This document shows, in pieces, positions 17,075-27,302 of a DNA stretch of 64,000 nt. The stretch is from a virus. Numbering within the stretch: position 1 is the first letter of the stretch; each line of letters begins with the position of its first letter. Location: positions 63,844 through 127,843 of IMG/VR virus record IMGVR_UViG_3300037088_000361; one strand, given 5' to 3'. The position numbers and the translations under genes are program-made. Below the pieces are notes generated by a model that did not search any database, was not told the DNA's origin, and saw only the letters and a list, made by a program, of their open reading frames with translations.

Positions 17075-17438
17075 GGGGGCGTCAGGTTTCGACGGGGACG
17101 CTCATTCTCAAGAGGCATGCCGGGGGAGAGCCTAACACCACCCGTAATCGGTAAAGGGCAATGTACTTGCAGAACCACTTAGCATGTACGCTATGGCCTA
17201 AAGCGATTTAGGTCACATCCACTCTTCCAGACTCGCATGTAGGAGACCGGATGTCGATATGGCGGGAGTAGTCTTGGCCAAGCTTGTAAGCCAAGGCGAA
17301 TTACTGAAAGCTAGTCACGGCTCTTGTATCGCTCAGTACCTTGGAGCTGTGGCGAAAAGAAGTGGAACTGAGATAAGCATGTAGTCTCTTGACGGTGAAG
17401 TCTTTCGGACGGGGTTTCGATTACCCCCGCCTCCACCA
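17075..17438 (+). ncRNA. ssrA: tmRNA
   Basis: 5' GGGGGCG...GGTTTCGACGGG; 3' CGGACGGGG...CGCCTCCACCA; tag frame 17169-17201 encodes AEPLSMYAMA*. Confidence 0.92.
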
Positions 17439-17454
17439 AAATTTTAGAAGGTGT

Positions 17455-17559
17455 ATGAACCTGCTGCAATATCTCGGATGTGGCATGTTTACCTTGGTGA
17501 TGGTAAGCGTCTTGGGTCTGTGGGTTTACGATTATGTTAAGTATACCAAGCAGTTTTGA
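17455..17559 (+). CDS. 34-aa single-pass membrane peptide
   Basis: AAGGTG RBS; MNLLQYLGCGMFTLVMVSVLGLWVYDYVKYTKQF. Confidence 0.45.
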   Translation: MNLLQYLGCGMFTLVMVSVLGLWVYDYVKYTKQF

Positions 17560-17615
17560 ACGGGCGTAGTTAAGCTTGGTAAGACTTTATCTCTCTTATA
17601 TAGAGGAGACACGAA

Positions 17616-17777
17616 ATGGCAAACGCAGAGATGGCACCAACGCCGCAGGGGACTAGGCTGTCCTCTGAACAGTTTGAAAAAGCCGTTCTTGAGTTTCAGA
17701 GTAATAAGAATGAGACCCGTGCGGCTGAACTTTGGGGAATCATAGAAAACCACCTATTTCACTCAGTGGTTAGATAA
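17616..17777 (+). CDS. 53-aa hypothetical protein
   Basis: GAGGAG RBS; MANAEMAPTPQG...FHSVVR; preceded by a class B promoter-like motif. Confidence 0.5.
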   Translation: MANAEMAPTPQGTRLSSEQFEKAVLEFQSNKNETRAAELWGIIENHLFHSVVR

Positions 17778-17787
17778 TTAAATTTGA

Positions 17788-17863
17788 GCGGGGTTGACAC
17801 ATTGGTTGCGTCCCGGCTTCCCAAGCCGTGGTTAAGTGAGTCCGATTCTCACACCCCGCTCCA
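17788..17863 (+). tRNA. second, degenerate tRNA-Gly(CCC)
   Basis: GCGGGGT/ACCCCGC-T-CCA; loop TTCCCAA; T-loop variant TCCGATT. Confidence 0.7.
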
Positions 17864-17906
17864 ATCTTCCAAAAATCCAGTATTACCTCCCAGAGGAGAC
17901 AAAATC

Positions 17907-18146
17907 ATGGACCCCATAAAAATTCCAACTGGTTCAGTCGTTGAACTCCGTGAACTTACCCTTGTTGATATTGTGGAGGGCAACGATATGCTCGGGACCG
18001 CTCGTATGGTTGACCAAGCGCCTATCACCGTCACGGTGGCCAGCGTTTCGGGCAGTACGATAAAGGACACGGATGGGAATACCTACTCTCTCGTCCCGTG
18101 GGATAGCGGGGTATTCTACGGGATATGGAGCGTCCTCACCCCCTAA
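17907..18146 (+). CDS. hypothetical protein
   Basis: GAGGAG RBS before ATG 17907. Confidence 0.6.
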   Translation: MDPIKIPTGSVVELRELTLVDIVEGNDMLGTARMVDQAPITVTVASVSGSTIKDTDGNTYSLVPWDSGVFYGIWSVLTP

Positions 18147-18189
18147 GATTAATCCGTATGCAGTATTAACCCTCTGGAGGCCAAAACAA

Positions 18190-18609
18190 ATGGAAAAACT
18201 TACAATCAATGAAGCATTGTCCGTGAAGAAGATGCTGGTCGAGCGCCACAATGAGCTTGTATCGCTGCGCAACGAGAACTCCGCCGTACGTACCAGCTAC
18301 CGTGGAATGAAGGGGGACACCCCGGAGACCGTCGTTCCCGTGTACGACATCGTGGCCATGGATACAATCATCTCGAACCTGTCCCGTGAGATGCGCAAGC
18401 TTGACATGGCCATCAAGGCTACCAACGCCGTGACACCGGTCAAGGACTACGAGTATGACGACAGTATCCTTGGCGAGCTTGTACCAGCGGTAGGCAAAAG
18501 TGGCAGGGGACCCTCTGGTCTGTGTGCCTGTTGCGAGGGGGCTGACGGTCCGTGCGCCTGTTGTGGAAAGACCGGACGAGAGTCCAAGAAATCTAAGAAG
18601 AATCGTTAG
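18190..18609 (+). CDS. DIP1984/DUF6847-like coiled-coil protein with Cys-rich tail
   Basis: LTINEALSVKKML...LDMAIKATNAVT; tail CACCEG...CACCGK. Confidence 0.6.
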   Translation: MEKLTINEALSVKKMLVERHNELVSLRNENSAVRTSYRGMKGDTPETVVPVYDIVAMDTIISNLSREMRKLDMAIKATNAVTPVKDYEYDDSILGELVPAVGKSGRGPSGLCACCEGADGPCACCGKTGRESKKSKKNR

Positions 18610-18614
18610 TTTGA

Positions 18615-18808
18615 CGGGGGCTGATTAGAAGAGTGTGGCTAGTCGGAGCACTTCCAAACTTCCGACGATAAAGATAGTGAGTGAGGAACAATGACAACCT
18701 TCGGGTTTTAACCTGCTTCTGTTGATAGTTGTTTCTTGCTTTTTCAGTTGTAGACTTTGTTGTGTCGATGGTTGTTTACCACGCCACTGACTTGTCAGTC
18801 CCCGACCA
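18615..18808 (+). ncRNA. about 195-nt RNA with 10-bp terminal stem and ACCA end
   Basis: CGGGGGCTGA (18615-18624) / TCAGTCCCCG (18795-18804) followed by ACCA; long U/G-rich interior. Confidence 0.55.
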
Positions 18809-18831
18809 GATTTTTCAGGGTATTACCTTTT

Positions 18832-19467
18832 ATGAAGTTGCCCCTTTCCACAATCGTTTCATTCCTTCTGGACAACCCCCTCCTGACCTTTACCGAGGCT
18901 TCCAGGAAGCTGAGGATACCCTACTGCAGAGTGAGGAAGGCGGCCGAGCAAGCCAGCATAGGCGTGATGGACCATCACGCCACGAGGCGGGAGGCTATAG
19001 TTAGCCTGATTAAGGCTAACCCCGATGTTCCCTATCATCAATTGGGAAAGACGCTGGGTCTAAAGTTCCCCACCTTGAGTTCGATTGCCTCCAAGGCGGG
19101 GATATACCGCCATGTTCCCCGCAACCCCGCCGCCACGAAGGAGAGGGAGGACGGGGTGCTCTGCTCGCTGAAGGAGGGCAGGACATTCTGGGAGGCCGCT
19201 AGGGAAAACAAGTGCAGCAGGGGGATTATCACACGTGTGGCCAAGGTTAGCGGGATACAAAGACCGGGATGCTCGCCGTTATCATATACGAAAGACCAAG
19301 AGGAGAAAGTCGTGAACTGGCTGGTTAACCATCCGTCTGTCTCCCACCCACGCATCGGCAAGAAGGTGGGGCTGCCCTTCTACACCGTCTCTAATATCTC
19401 CTATCGCAATGGTATCAGGAGACGCCTTCCTTCTCTCTATAAAGGGGAGGTTCCCAATTTTGAGTAA
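18832..19467 (+). CDS. repeated helix-turn-helix protein
   Basis: Four approximately 50-aa HTH-like repeats. Confidence 0.6.
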   Translation: MKLPLSTIVSFLLDNPLLTFTEASRKLRIPYCRVRKAAEQASIGVMDHHATRREAIVSLIKANPDVPYHQLGKTLGLKFPTLSSIASKAGIYRHVPRNPAATKEREDGVLCSLKEGRTFWEAARENKCSRGIITRVAKVSGIQRPGCSPLSYTKDQEEKVVNWLVNHPSVSHPRIGKKVGLPFYTVSNISYRNGIRRRLPSLYKGEVPNFE

Positions 19468-19488
19468 ATTACCAGATAGGGGTGTTAA

Positions 19489-19935
19489 ATGAGCACGAAC
19501 TCCGAGTCCGTCTGCTCCAAATGCGAAAAGACCTTTAGCAATATCATCCACAGCATAAACAACAGGAACAAAGCAATAAGGGTAGATGCCCATATGTTCC
19601 AGTCTGGCAACGATACCCCGTTGACCGTGGCCGTCGAGGGCGGGCAGATAGTTGTCCGCATCGGCATCGGCACCAATGCTTGGGCATTTGAGCATAACAA
19701 TGAGAATAACCCGTTTGACGATGCCAAGAATGATTTCGTCCAGAAATATAAGATAACTGACCCTATGGAGTTTGCTCAGGATGTCGTTTGTGCTATGCAG
19801 GATGAGGGGGAGGATGGTTCCACATCGCTTACCGACTTCCTCGACAAGATGAATGAGGCGGCGGTCAACGACGGGAGTATGGGGGTGGAGGAGGATACAA
19901 GCGGGACCTCTGCCTATGCAAAGGATGGGAAATGA
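19489..19935 (+). CDS. hypothetical acidic protein
   Basis: ORF overlapping the start of the next gene (ATGA). Confidence 0.6.
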   Translation: MSTNSESVCSKCEKTFSNIIHSINNRNKAIRVDAHMFQSGNDTPLTVAVEGGQIVVRIGIGTNAWAFEHNNENNPFDDAKNDFVQKYKITDPMEFAQDVVCAMQDEGEDGSTSLTDFLDKMNEAAVNDGSMGVEEDTSGTSAYAKDGK

Positions 19936-20669
19936 GAGCCCAGCTACTTTCAGATTTGCACAGTTGTTTCTATTCCAACCCCATTCACTTTCTTGAGTCT
20001 TTGGAGTTCGTTCCCGACCTTGATTTCCTCCTGCTCCCTGGGGACCTCACTGTTTCTTGCTCACAAGGTAAAGATAAGACTAAGTTGGTATTGGACTACC
20101 TTTCTGGCAAGGCTCGTCATTGTGTCTTCCTATGCGGAAATCATGAGTATTATCACGGCACTAAGGAGGCTGCTGAGGGAATCCTTGAGTCTGTAATGCC
20201 CTATAATTTTCATTGGCTAAGGAATACCTTAGAGGTCATTGATGGAATAAAATTTTTCGGCGGAACAATGTGGTTTCCCGACGCCCCGCACAATAAGATG
20301 TACGAGGACCAGCTTTCAGATTTCTTGGTCATCAAGGACTTCAAGAAGTGGGTCTACGAGGAGAACAAGAAGTTCAACGAGGCGGCAAGGAGCCTCATCA
20401 CCGATGAGACCATCGTCCTCACTCACCACCTTCCCGCTTACAGGGTGGTTGCCCCGGTCTTTCAAGGGGACAACCTGAACCGGTTCTTCGTCTGTGAGAT
20501 GACCGACCTTATCCTTGACCGCAAGCCTCCCCTCTGGGTATATGGTCACACCCACCTCCCCGCTGACGATATGATAGGGGCGACAAGGGTTGTTTGTTTC
20601 CCGTATGGCTACCCCTCTGAATGTCCCCTTGGACCAAAATCCTACAAGTCGGTGGTATTTGAGATATGA
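19932..20669 (+). CDS. calcineurin-like metallophosphoesterase
   Basis: SDLH, GDL, GNHEYY, THH, GHTH motifs. Confidence 0.9.
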   Translation: MRAQLLSDLHSCFYSNPIHFLESLEFVPDLDFLLLPGDLTVSCSQGKDKTKLVLDYLSGKARHCVFLCGNHEYYHGTKEAAEGILESVMPYNFHWLRNTLEVIDGIKFFGGTMWFPDAPHNKMYEDQLSDFLVIKDFKKWVYEENKKFNEAARSLITDETIVLTHHLPAYRVVAPVFQGDNLNRFFVCEMTDLILDRKPPLWVYGHTHLPADDMIGATRVVCFPYGYPSECPLGPKSYKSVVFEI

Positions 20670-20902
20670 ACCCAATCTTCGTCGCCGCCATCATTAAGAA
20701 ATTTGGAGTTCAGGTCTTTGGGGGGAAGTATGAACTCTTCCTCACTGACTCGCAGTTGACCTCTATCAACTCTGGTAGCCGTGTGCAGGAGACCCGTGAC
20801 CCCGTGCGGGGAGGCGTCGTGTTCACCCTCACCGAGAAGCCTAAGGTCATTGACATCCGCCCCATAGTCCCCGTTTCTCCGCAGTCTCCTTCCAGTATAT
20901 AG
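20666..20902 (+). CDS. hypothetical protein
   Basis: ATGA overlap with upstream gene. Confidence 0.55.
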   Translation: MNPIFVAAIIKKFGVQVFGGKYELFLTDSQLTSINSGSRVQETRDPVRGGVVFTLTEKPKVIDIRPIVPVSPQSPSSI

Positions 20903-20999
20903 CGCCAGCGCCTTCCAAGCCCCCTCCTAGCGTTCCTGAGCACCCCCCTCTACTCAAGCCCCATCTTCTGGCTTTCGTTTTCCTCTGTAGGGGAAAACT

Positions 21000-21557
21000 A
21001 TGCACAATCCGCTCCTACAGAAAAAGATAGCTACGCCTTCAAGCACGGACCGGCTCGAATCCCTCTATACTCTCCTCTCCAGCGACAATAGCGACGACCG
21101 GGCGACCTACCTTCAGGCCCGCCAAGAGTTTAAGGAGGCGCTATCGACCGTGGCAGGAATGCTCCCCCCCAAGAGCCGCCTTGGACGGGAGGTGCGCTTT
21201 GCCAAGTGGGACTTACTCAACGCCAATACTTTCGCCCAAGTCGGCGATTATGGTGCGGCCACGAGCAGTCAGCTACACGCCGTGTGGAGACTCAGGAAGG
21301 TTGTGGGTGCCTTGAAGAACAAGGTGGCATATGGGTACGATATTAGTGGGACTAGTGGCGAAATGTATAGCGGCTCGCAGGACATAGCAAACCGTGAGAA
21401 CCAAAAGAACATTGATGACACCGCCCAGCCGTTTGAACAACATGAGACTGGTGGGAATCCATCCAACCTCACGAGGGATTACTTGGCGGAGCAGGACTAC
21501 CCCTCTCTTCGGGAGAAGAAAAACAAACGAATCCACTGGCCAGCAAGGACGAGGTAG
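21000..21557 (+). CDS. hypothetical protein, first gene of a structural operon
   Basis: 185-aa ORF after a class B promoter-like motif, abutting the fibre gene. Confidence 0.6.
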   Translation: MHNPLLQKKIATPSSTDRLESLYTLLSSDNSDDRATYLQARQEFKEALSTVAGMLPPKSRLGREVRFAKWDLLNANTFAQVGDYGAATSSQLHAVWRLRKVVGALKNKVAYGYDISGTSGEMYSGSQDIANRENQKNIDDTAQPFEQHETGGNPSNLTRDYLAEQDYPSLREKKNKRIHWPARTR

Positions 21558-23192
21558 ATGCCAATAAGAATTCAAAATCCCCCGTGGAAACCAGCCTCTA
21601 TCAGTGTCGTTGACGGCATCATCATCACCCCTGTGGAGTCTTGGAACGCTACTGTTTCCTACTCTCAAGGACTGGCGACCAGGTATCAAGGCTCTTCATA
21701 CCTTTCCCTTAAAGATAACAACCGTGGTCATACCCCTGCAGGCGGCTCAAAGTGGTGGGGGCTGATTGCGCAGGGCGTCATGGGTACCACCGGTTCGAGT
21801 GGGTATACGGGTTATACCGGTCCCGGTAATTTTACAGGTTACACAGGATACACTGGACCGGGAAACTTCACTGGATACACAGGCTACACCGGACCAGGTG
21901 CCTTTACTGGTTATACTGGATATACCGGTTACACCGGTTACACAGGATACACTGGACCGGGAAACTTTACTGGGTACACTGGGTATACTGGACCCGCTGG
22001 AAGCGCCGGAGGCGCTGGAGCGACTGGATATACAGGCTACACGGGCTATACTGGTTCTGGCAATTTCACTGGTTATTCAGGATACACTGGAACAACTGGG
22101 TATACGGGGTATATGGGACCGGGAAACTTTACCGGCTACACAGGTTACACAGGCTATACCGGCTACACGGGACTTGGCAACTTCACTGGCTACACTGGGT
22201 ATACTGGATACACCGGTCTCGGAAATTTTACTGGTTATACGGGGTATACTGGTCCTGAAGGAGCTGGTTCGGTAGGAGCTACTGGCTACACCGGTTATAC
22301 CGGTTATACTGGACCGGGGAACTTCACAGGCTACACAGGCTATACTGGTCCGGGAAACTTCACTGGTTATACTGGCTATACTGGCTATACCGGTTACACC
22401 GGCTACACCGGTCCTGCCGGTGCCGGAAACACTGGCTATACTGGCTATACTGGCTATACTGGCTATACTGGCTATACTGGCTATACTGGTCCCAGTATCA
22501 CCGGTTATACTGGATACACTGGAAGAACAGGATATACTGGTTATACTGGTCCCGCTGGTGCTGGAGCGACAGGCTACACTGGATACACTGGTCCCGGTAA
22601 TTTTACTGGCTATACTGGTTATACAGGTTCTGGAGGAGGAGGAACAGGATATACTGGTTACTCAGGGTATACTGGATATACTGGTCCCGGTAATTTTACT
22701 GGCTATACTGGTTATACAGGTTCTGGAGGAGGAGGAACAGGATATACTGGTTACTCAGGGTATACTGGATATACTGGTCCCGGTAATTTTACAGGTTACA
22801 CCGGATACACGGGTTACACCGGATACACAGGCGGCGGCGAGTATTCGGTCGTCACCTTCATTATCGACGGTGGTGGAATCCCTCCTGACACGGGGTCAAA
22901 AGGGTTCGTACAGGTGCCATTTGCCTGCACTATCACAAGTTGGACACTCTTAGCCGACCAAGTGGGAAGCTGCAGTATAACGATAAAAAAGTCCACCTAC
23001 GCAGCCTTCCCAACTACTGCAAGCATAGTAGGAGCTGCTCTCCTTACGCTGGTATCACAGCAGTCCAATTCCTCCAGCAGCTTGCCGGGATGGACTACCG
23101 GGGTCTTATCGGGTGATGTGCTGGAGTTTTACCTGACCAGTGTCAGCACCTCGACCAGGATAACTGTGGAGTTGCAGGTAACCAAGATATGA
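21558..23192 (+). CDS. collagen-like (Gly-Tyr-Thr)n fibre protein
   Basis: About 350 aa of mostly G-Y-T triplets with GPGNFT interruptions; N-terminal CBM5/12-like motif; C-terminal beta-rich domain. Confidence 0.8.
   Translation: MPIRIQNPPWKPASISVVDGIIITPVESWNATVSYSQGLATRYQGSSYLSLKDNNRGHTPAGGSKWWGLIAQGVMGTTGSSGYTGYTGPGNFTGYTGYTGPGNFTGYTGYTGPGAFTGYTGYTGYTGYTGYTGPGNFTGYTGYTGPAGSAGGAGATGYTGYTGYTGSGNFTGYSGYTGTTGYTGYMGPGNFTGYTGYTGYTGYTGLGNFTGYTGYTGYTGLGNFTGYTGYTGPEGAGSVGATGYTGYTGYTGPGNFTGYTGYTGPGNFTGYTGYTGYTGYTGYTGPAGAGNTGYTGYTGYTGYTGYTGYTGPSITGYTGYTGRTGYTGYTGPAGAGATGYTGYTGPGNFTGYTGYTGSGGGGTGYTGYSGYTGYTGPGNFTGYTGYTGSGGGGTGYTGYSGYTGYTGPGNFTGYTGYTGYTGYTGGGEYSVVTFIIDGGGIPPDTGSKGFVQVPFACTITSWTLLADQVGSCSITIKKSTYAAFPTTASIVGAALLTLVSQQSNSSSSLPGWTTGVLSGDVLEFYLTSVSTSTRITVELQVTKI
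21800..22830 (+). repeat. 9-bp coding tandem repeat (GGNTAYACN)
   Basis: e.g. ACTGGCTAT repeated around 22431-22490; degenerate third positions show selection at protein level. Confidence 0.9.
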
Positions 23193-23941
23193 GCGTAATC
23201 GCATCCGAGCTTGTCTTCTACGGGTCGCTTGACCGCCCTACCTCCGATAATACTATCACAGGCGGGGGCATCGACATCCAGAACCGCCCGGTGTTCACCC
23301 AGCTTGGCTCCAACGCCGCCCTGGAGGTGGTGTCATCGGCAGGGGGGGATGTGACCCAGACGCTCACGGTGACGGGAAGGGACGCCGCCAGCGTTTATCA
23401 AACGAGCACGGCGACCCTGAATGGTGCTTCCGCCGTCCAGCTATCTCCCGCCACGATTTTCCAGAGGGTCTTGACGGTAGCGCTTAGCGGCACGGCAGCG
23501 GGCACTATCACGTTAAGGAAGACCAGTGCCGGGGCAACCCTTGGAACCATCCCGCCTGGGGAACTGGGTTTTTTCGCTATGTTCATTAATTCTTATTCGT
23601 CGGGGGCTTCGCAGGTTAGATGGGAGAAAGTATTCTTGAAGAACACCGACCCCACGCTGGCGCTGGTTCTCGCCACGGTAACACTATCTGCCGACTCGGT
23701 GGGGGGTCTTATTACGGCGGGGGTGGGGACGGCACTGAACGACACAACCACAATTGCAAATCGGAAGACCGCACCGGCCGGAATCAGCTTTGCTGCGTTT
23801 GGCGTCCCACAGGGCGTGCCCAACAGCGGAAGCCTTACCTCCGGTTCCGCCGTCTCGGTCTGGGTCTGCCAAGCCTTGGGGGTTAACCAGGCAGTCATTG
23901 ACAGCACCTTTGCCATTACTGTCCAAGGGAGTACAACTTAA
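23189..23941 (+). CDS. putative virion structural protein
   Basis: Thr/Gly/Ala-rich beta protein coupled to the fibre gene. Confidence 0.6.
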   Translation: MSVIASELVFYGSLDRPTSDNTITGGGIDIQNRPVFTQLGSNAALEVVSSAGGDVTQTLTVTGRDAASVYQTSTATLNGASAVQLSPATIFQRVLTVALSGTAAGTITLRKTSAGATLGTIPPGELGFFAMFINSYSSGASQVRWEKVFLKNTDPTLALVLATVTLSADSVGGLITAGVGTALNDTTTIANRKTAPAGISFAAFGVPQGVPNSGSLTSGSAVSVWVCQALGVNQAVIDSTFAITVQGSTT

Positions 23942-25057
23942 ATGTCTGCACACACTTTTCCCGCTCTTGACACGAACAACGAATTTACCGGGACGAATAA
24001 ATTTGACAATGGCATCAATGTGGCTGCCGGTGCTCTCCAAGTAGCAGGTTCTAACATTGCTGCGGCTAATCTTGCTGATGGTAAGTCTGGTGCAGGCAAG
24101 ATTGGGATGCAGGGTGCTAACAATCTAGGCACGTATTCTGGTGGAGCTTTGGTGTTCGATGCCTCTCTAGGGAATCTTCAAACTGTGACGCTTGGTGCAA
24201 ACACCGGCACTCCTACTCTGGTAAACACTTCTCCAGGTCAGATTGTCACCTTCTTGATTACTCAAGACAGCACGGGCGGTCGTACCTTCACTTGGCCTAC
24301 TAATGTGTTTGGTGGTGGTGCAGTTGATATCACTGCTGGAGCATGGAGTATCCAAGACTTAATCTGCGATTCAAGCGGCAACGCCTATCCCAAAGACAAC
24401 TTAAAGACACAGTTCAACACGATGAATTACTACCAGCTTTGGGACTTTGTAAATAATTATGACGGTCAAACTGGTACTTCCGTAGGAACTCCTTCTGGGG
24501 GGTATTCTGAAGTACAAACCCTTCCAGATAAAAATCATCCGGGAGTATGGGTACTTCTTACAGGTACTTCTATTAATACTGGATATAGTTGGGTATCGGC
24601 TGCTCAGGAAAATTTTACTCAAATATTATCATCTTCTTCGGGAATCCCTTGGACATGCGAGTTTCTACTTGAGACAAATAGTATTTCTAATATTCGAATC
24701 CAAGTCGGGTTTATCTACCTTTCGGGAGCAAACCCACCTACTTACGGGGACTACTTTCAGTTTGATTCATCTGTTGATGCTTATTGGCATTATATTACGA
24801 ATCAAAATTCGAGTTTAACGAATGCAGCATCTTCTGTTGCCGTAGTTGCTAACACGTGGTATCGTTTGAGAATTTCATTTAACGGTAATAGCATTAGTCC
24901 AGTGGTCAGTTTTTATATCAATGGCGTATTAGTGGGCACTAGTTCAACAAATCTTTCAACGAATGGTTATTTCTCCTTTCAGGCTACAAATCTGAGCACT
25001 GTAGCACAATCGGTTTATCTTGACTTGGCAGCTTTAGGAGCTAATGTGGTTCGTTAG
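23942..25057 (+). CDS. putative tail fibre / receptor-binding protein with concanavalin/LamG-like C-terminus
   Basis: ITQDSTGGRTFTWP motif; NTWYRLRI...FYINGVLV. Confidence 0.65.
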   Translation: MSAHTFPALDTNNEFTGTNKFDNGINVAAGALQVAGSNIAAANLADGKSGAGKIGMQGANNLGTYSGGALVFDASLGNLQTVTLGANTGTPTLVNTSPGQIVTFLITQDSTGGRTFTWPTNVFGGGAVDITAGAWSIQDLICDSSGNAYPKDNLKTQFNTMNYYQLWDFVNNYDGQTGTSVGTPSGGYSEVQTLPDKNHPGVWVLLTGTSINTGYSWVSAAQENFTQILSSSSGIPWTCEFLLETNSISNIRIQVGFIYLSGANPPTYGDYFQFDSSVDAYWHYITNQNSSLTNAASSVAVVANTWYRLRISFNGNSISPVVSFYINGVLVGTSSTNLSTNGYFSFQATNLSTVAQSVYLDLAALGANVVR

Positions 25058-25065
25058 GATAATTT

Positions 25066-25266
25066 ATGGCAAACGCAACCATTTCTACAATTACCGCCAC
25101 GGGAGATGTTGTCCGCACCGTCTTAATTCAGTACCCGGTCGGGGCGAATAGTTGGCTGTACACTCCAGTTCAGATGGCAGAAATCTCCCGAATCTTAAAT
25201 CGGGAGTTTAACAACATGCTCGCAACCCTCGCTGCTGAGATGCCGGAATTAATTATCAGTGGATAA
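25066..25266 (+). CDS. small hypothetical protein
   Basis: AGGA RBS, within the operon. Confidence 0.55.
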   Translation: MANATISTITATGDVVRTVLIQYPVGANSWLYTPVQMAEISRILNREFNNMLATLAAEMPELIISG

Positions 25267-25277
25267 GGAGTCTTTAA

Positions 25278-26516
25278 ATGCAACTCATAACTGGACCCAA
25301 ATCGAACGTTGATAATCTCGCTGCCAACCTTGCTAACTGGGCAAATATGGCAAGAGCATACCCTCCCTCATGGGACGGAGCCAAGCACAGAATTCCGATG
25401 GCCACTCCAGGACATGGTTCATTTGGAGACATGCTTCCGGGACGTGGCCTGTATCTGAACCACGACCTGAAAGACTTGGGTATTACGAGGGGAGATATTC
25501 CTCATGTCTACGAGCGCACCCAGGTCAAGAAGATTTCCGAAGCTCTGTTATCAGAACGAAATGCCCTCAAACTCATTGCCTATCGGGATTATGCTTTGCG
25601 AGGAGGGCACGTTGCTGCGGATGTAGCCAGAGCGGCCATTACGACCTACGATGGCATCATTGCTGCAAGAGCCGGTGGATTTGCCAACGATGTGTATATG
25701 GCCAAGGCTTCCATCACGTCAGTGGGTTCCATTTGGTATTCTCTCATGCTTGCGGCAGCAGGAACCATTGCCCCTTTGTCCGGGCTAGCTGCTGGCAGCG
25801 GCTCTGCAAATGCTGGTGGGACAGCATGTACCAGAGCGACGGCTGGTGCATGGTCTTTAGGAATTAACAATCCGACTGGTTCAAATCGAAAGTATCTCCT
25901 GACAATCGGCTTCAATTCTGTTCAGCAAATTAACCAGTTGGCGCTTGTGGACCTGCTGGTAGGTGTTAGCGCACTTTCGACCAACTCCGCCACGAACAAT
26001 GTGAATACTGTGGCCCTGCCTCGGTACGGAGCCGCTGGGTCGATTATTGTCAATGGTGCAGGTGTCTGGCCAGTGTTGGAATGTACAACGCCACCTTCGC
26101 CTGGTGCTCTTAATTGGGGAGGAACTTATACTAATCAGGCAGGAGCAGGAGCTAACTTTGTCGCTACCGCCATGGTGAATGCTCAGGTCGCAAGTCGTAT
26201 CCAGTCAAATGCTACCGGGATGTGGATGTGCCCGTCTTTAGCAGTAGGAGATTATGGTGTGCAGGGTGTTCTGACCATCACTACATCAGCTCAATTTGCC
26301 AGTGGCGTTTTCAACTTGTATCTGGTCTATCCCCTAACCATGCTTCCTGCTCTGGCATCAGGGTTGTATTACGAACGTGATTCAACGATTCAAATTGATA
26401 GTATCTGTGAATTAGCGAATGCTAGTCAGGTAATCGGATGCTTGGGTGGATTTGTGCTTCCGAACACAACTTCTACCGGCATTTCTCAGTTCTTCTTTAG
26501 AACGTGTGAGGGATAA
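25278..26516 (+). CDS. putative virion structural protein
   Basis: AAGGAG RBS; Ala/Gly/Thr-rich 412 aa. Confidence 0.6.
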   Translation: MQLITGPKSNVDNLAANLANWANMARAYPPSWDGAKHRIPMATPGHGSFGDMLPGRGLYLNHDLKDLGITRGDIPHVYERTQVKKISEALLSERNALKLIAYRDYALRGGHVAADVARAAITTYDGIIAARAGGFANDVYMAKASITSVGSIWYSLMLAAAGTIAPLSGLAAGSGSANAGGTACTRATAGAWSLGINNPTGSNRKYLLTIGFNSVQQINQLALVDLLVGVSALSTNSATNNVNTVALPRYGAAGSIIVNGAGVWPVLECTTPPSPGALNWGGTYTNQAGAGANFVATAMVNAQVASRIQSNATGMWMCPSLAVGDYGVQGVLTITTSAQFASGVFNLYLVYPLTMLPALASGLYYERDSTIQIDSICELANASQVIGCLGGFVLPNTTSTGISQFFFRTCEG

Positions 26517-27236
26517 ATGATATTTCTTGGGCCACCGTTGACTAGCACTGATGGTATGACTGGTGCATTACAGGCAGCAACCTCTGGAGTATTTTTATTT
26601 TATGGTAGTCCTGCTCAGCTCGGGCTAATCAGCGCCCGCGCGATGACAGTTACAGAGAATGCTATCTGCTATCGCTTTCGTCCAGCTTCTGCTTCATGGG
26701 CGTCAGCATACTTCACTCGCAACTGGCACAGTGTTGGAGCCAACGGCAAGCCCGACGCTGCAACTCCGATGCGGGTAAAGTCTCCGTACATCCCAGTGAG
26801 TCAAGCCGTGGCGGTGAACTATGAAAATTTGATGGCGGTAGTCTCGGCTACAGGGGTGCTTCCCTATATACTCATCAACGACTCAGGGGCTGGCACATGG
26901 CAAGTGCTTATAGACAACAATAAGATTTTATGGACCTCCCCCTCTCCCGCCGCCTCGCCCTCTACAGTGACCCTTACTGACTACACCAGTGGTACTACCA
27001 GTTGGCAGTTGGGTATCACTACCAGCGGAACCCTGACCACCACCTCCGAGACATTCAACCCCGCTTACCCTGTAGGGATAGCCTTAATTTCCCCGAATGG
27101 GAGCTTCTACGCTCTGGGTGTGGACAGTAACGGTTTGCTCAATACCTTCGCCGCGCCGCCTCCGACCTTTGGGGTACCGTATGAGGTCTACCGCAACTTC
27201 GCCTACAAGAATCGAAGCCAAGGCTGGATTACTTAG
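26517..27236 (+). CDS. putative virion structural protein
   Basis: Abuts upstream gene; Thr/Ser-rich with repeated short beta motifs. Confidence 0.55.
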   Translation: MIFLGPPLTSTDGMTGALQAATSGVFLFYGSPAQLGLISARAMTVTENAICYRFRPASASWASAYFTRNWHSVGANGKPDAATPMRVKSPYIPVSQAVAVNYENLMAVVSATGVLPYILINDSGAGTWQVLIDNNKILWTSPSPAASPSTVTLTDYTSGTTSWQLGITTSGTLTTTSETFNPAYPVGIALISPNGSFYALGVDSNGLLNTFAAPPPTFGVPYEVYRNFAYKNRSQGWIT

Positions 27237-27302
27237 ACGACCCCCATTCGGCAAGATGGATAAAGTCTCCTCGGTATTAGTATTATGGTATCAGGGAGAA
27301 CT

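Noticed and set aside
21766-22953. CRISPR array or separate ILAILA-repeat ORFs
   Set aside because: 9-bp coding repeat without spacers; the alternative ORFs are off-frame readings of the GYT repeat.
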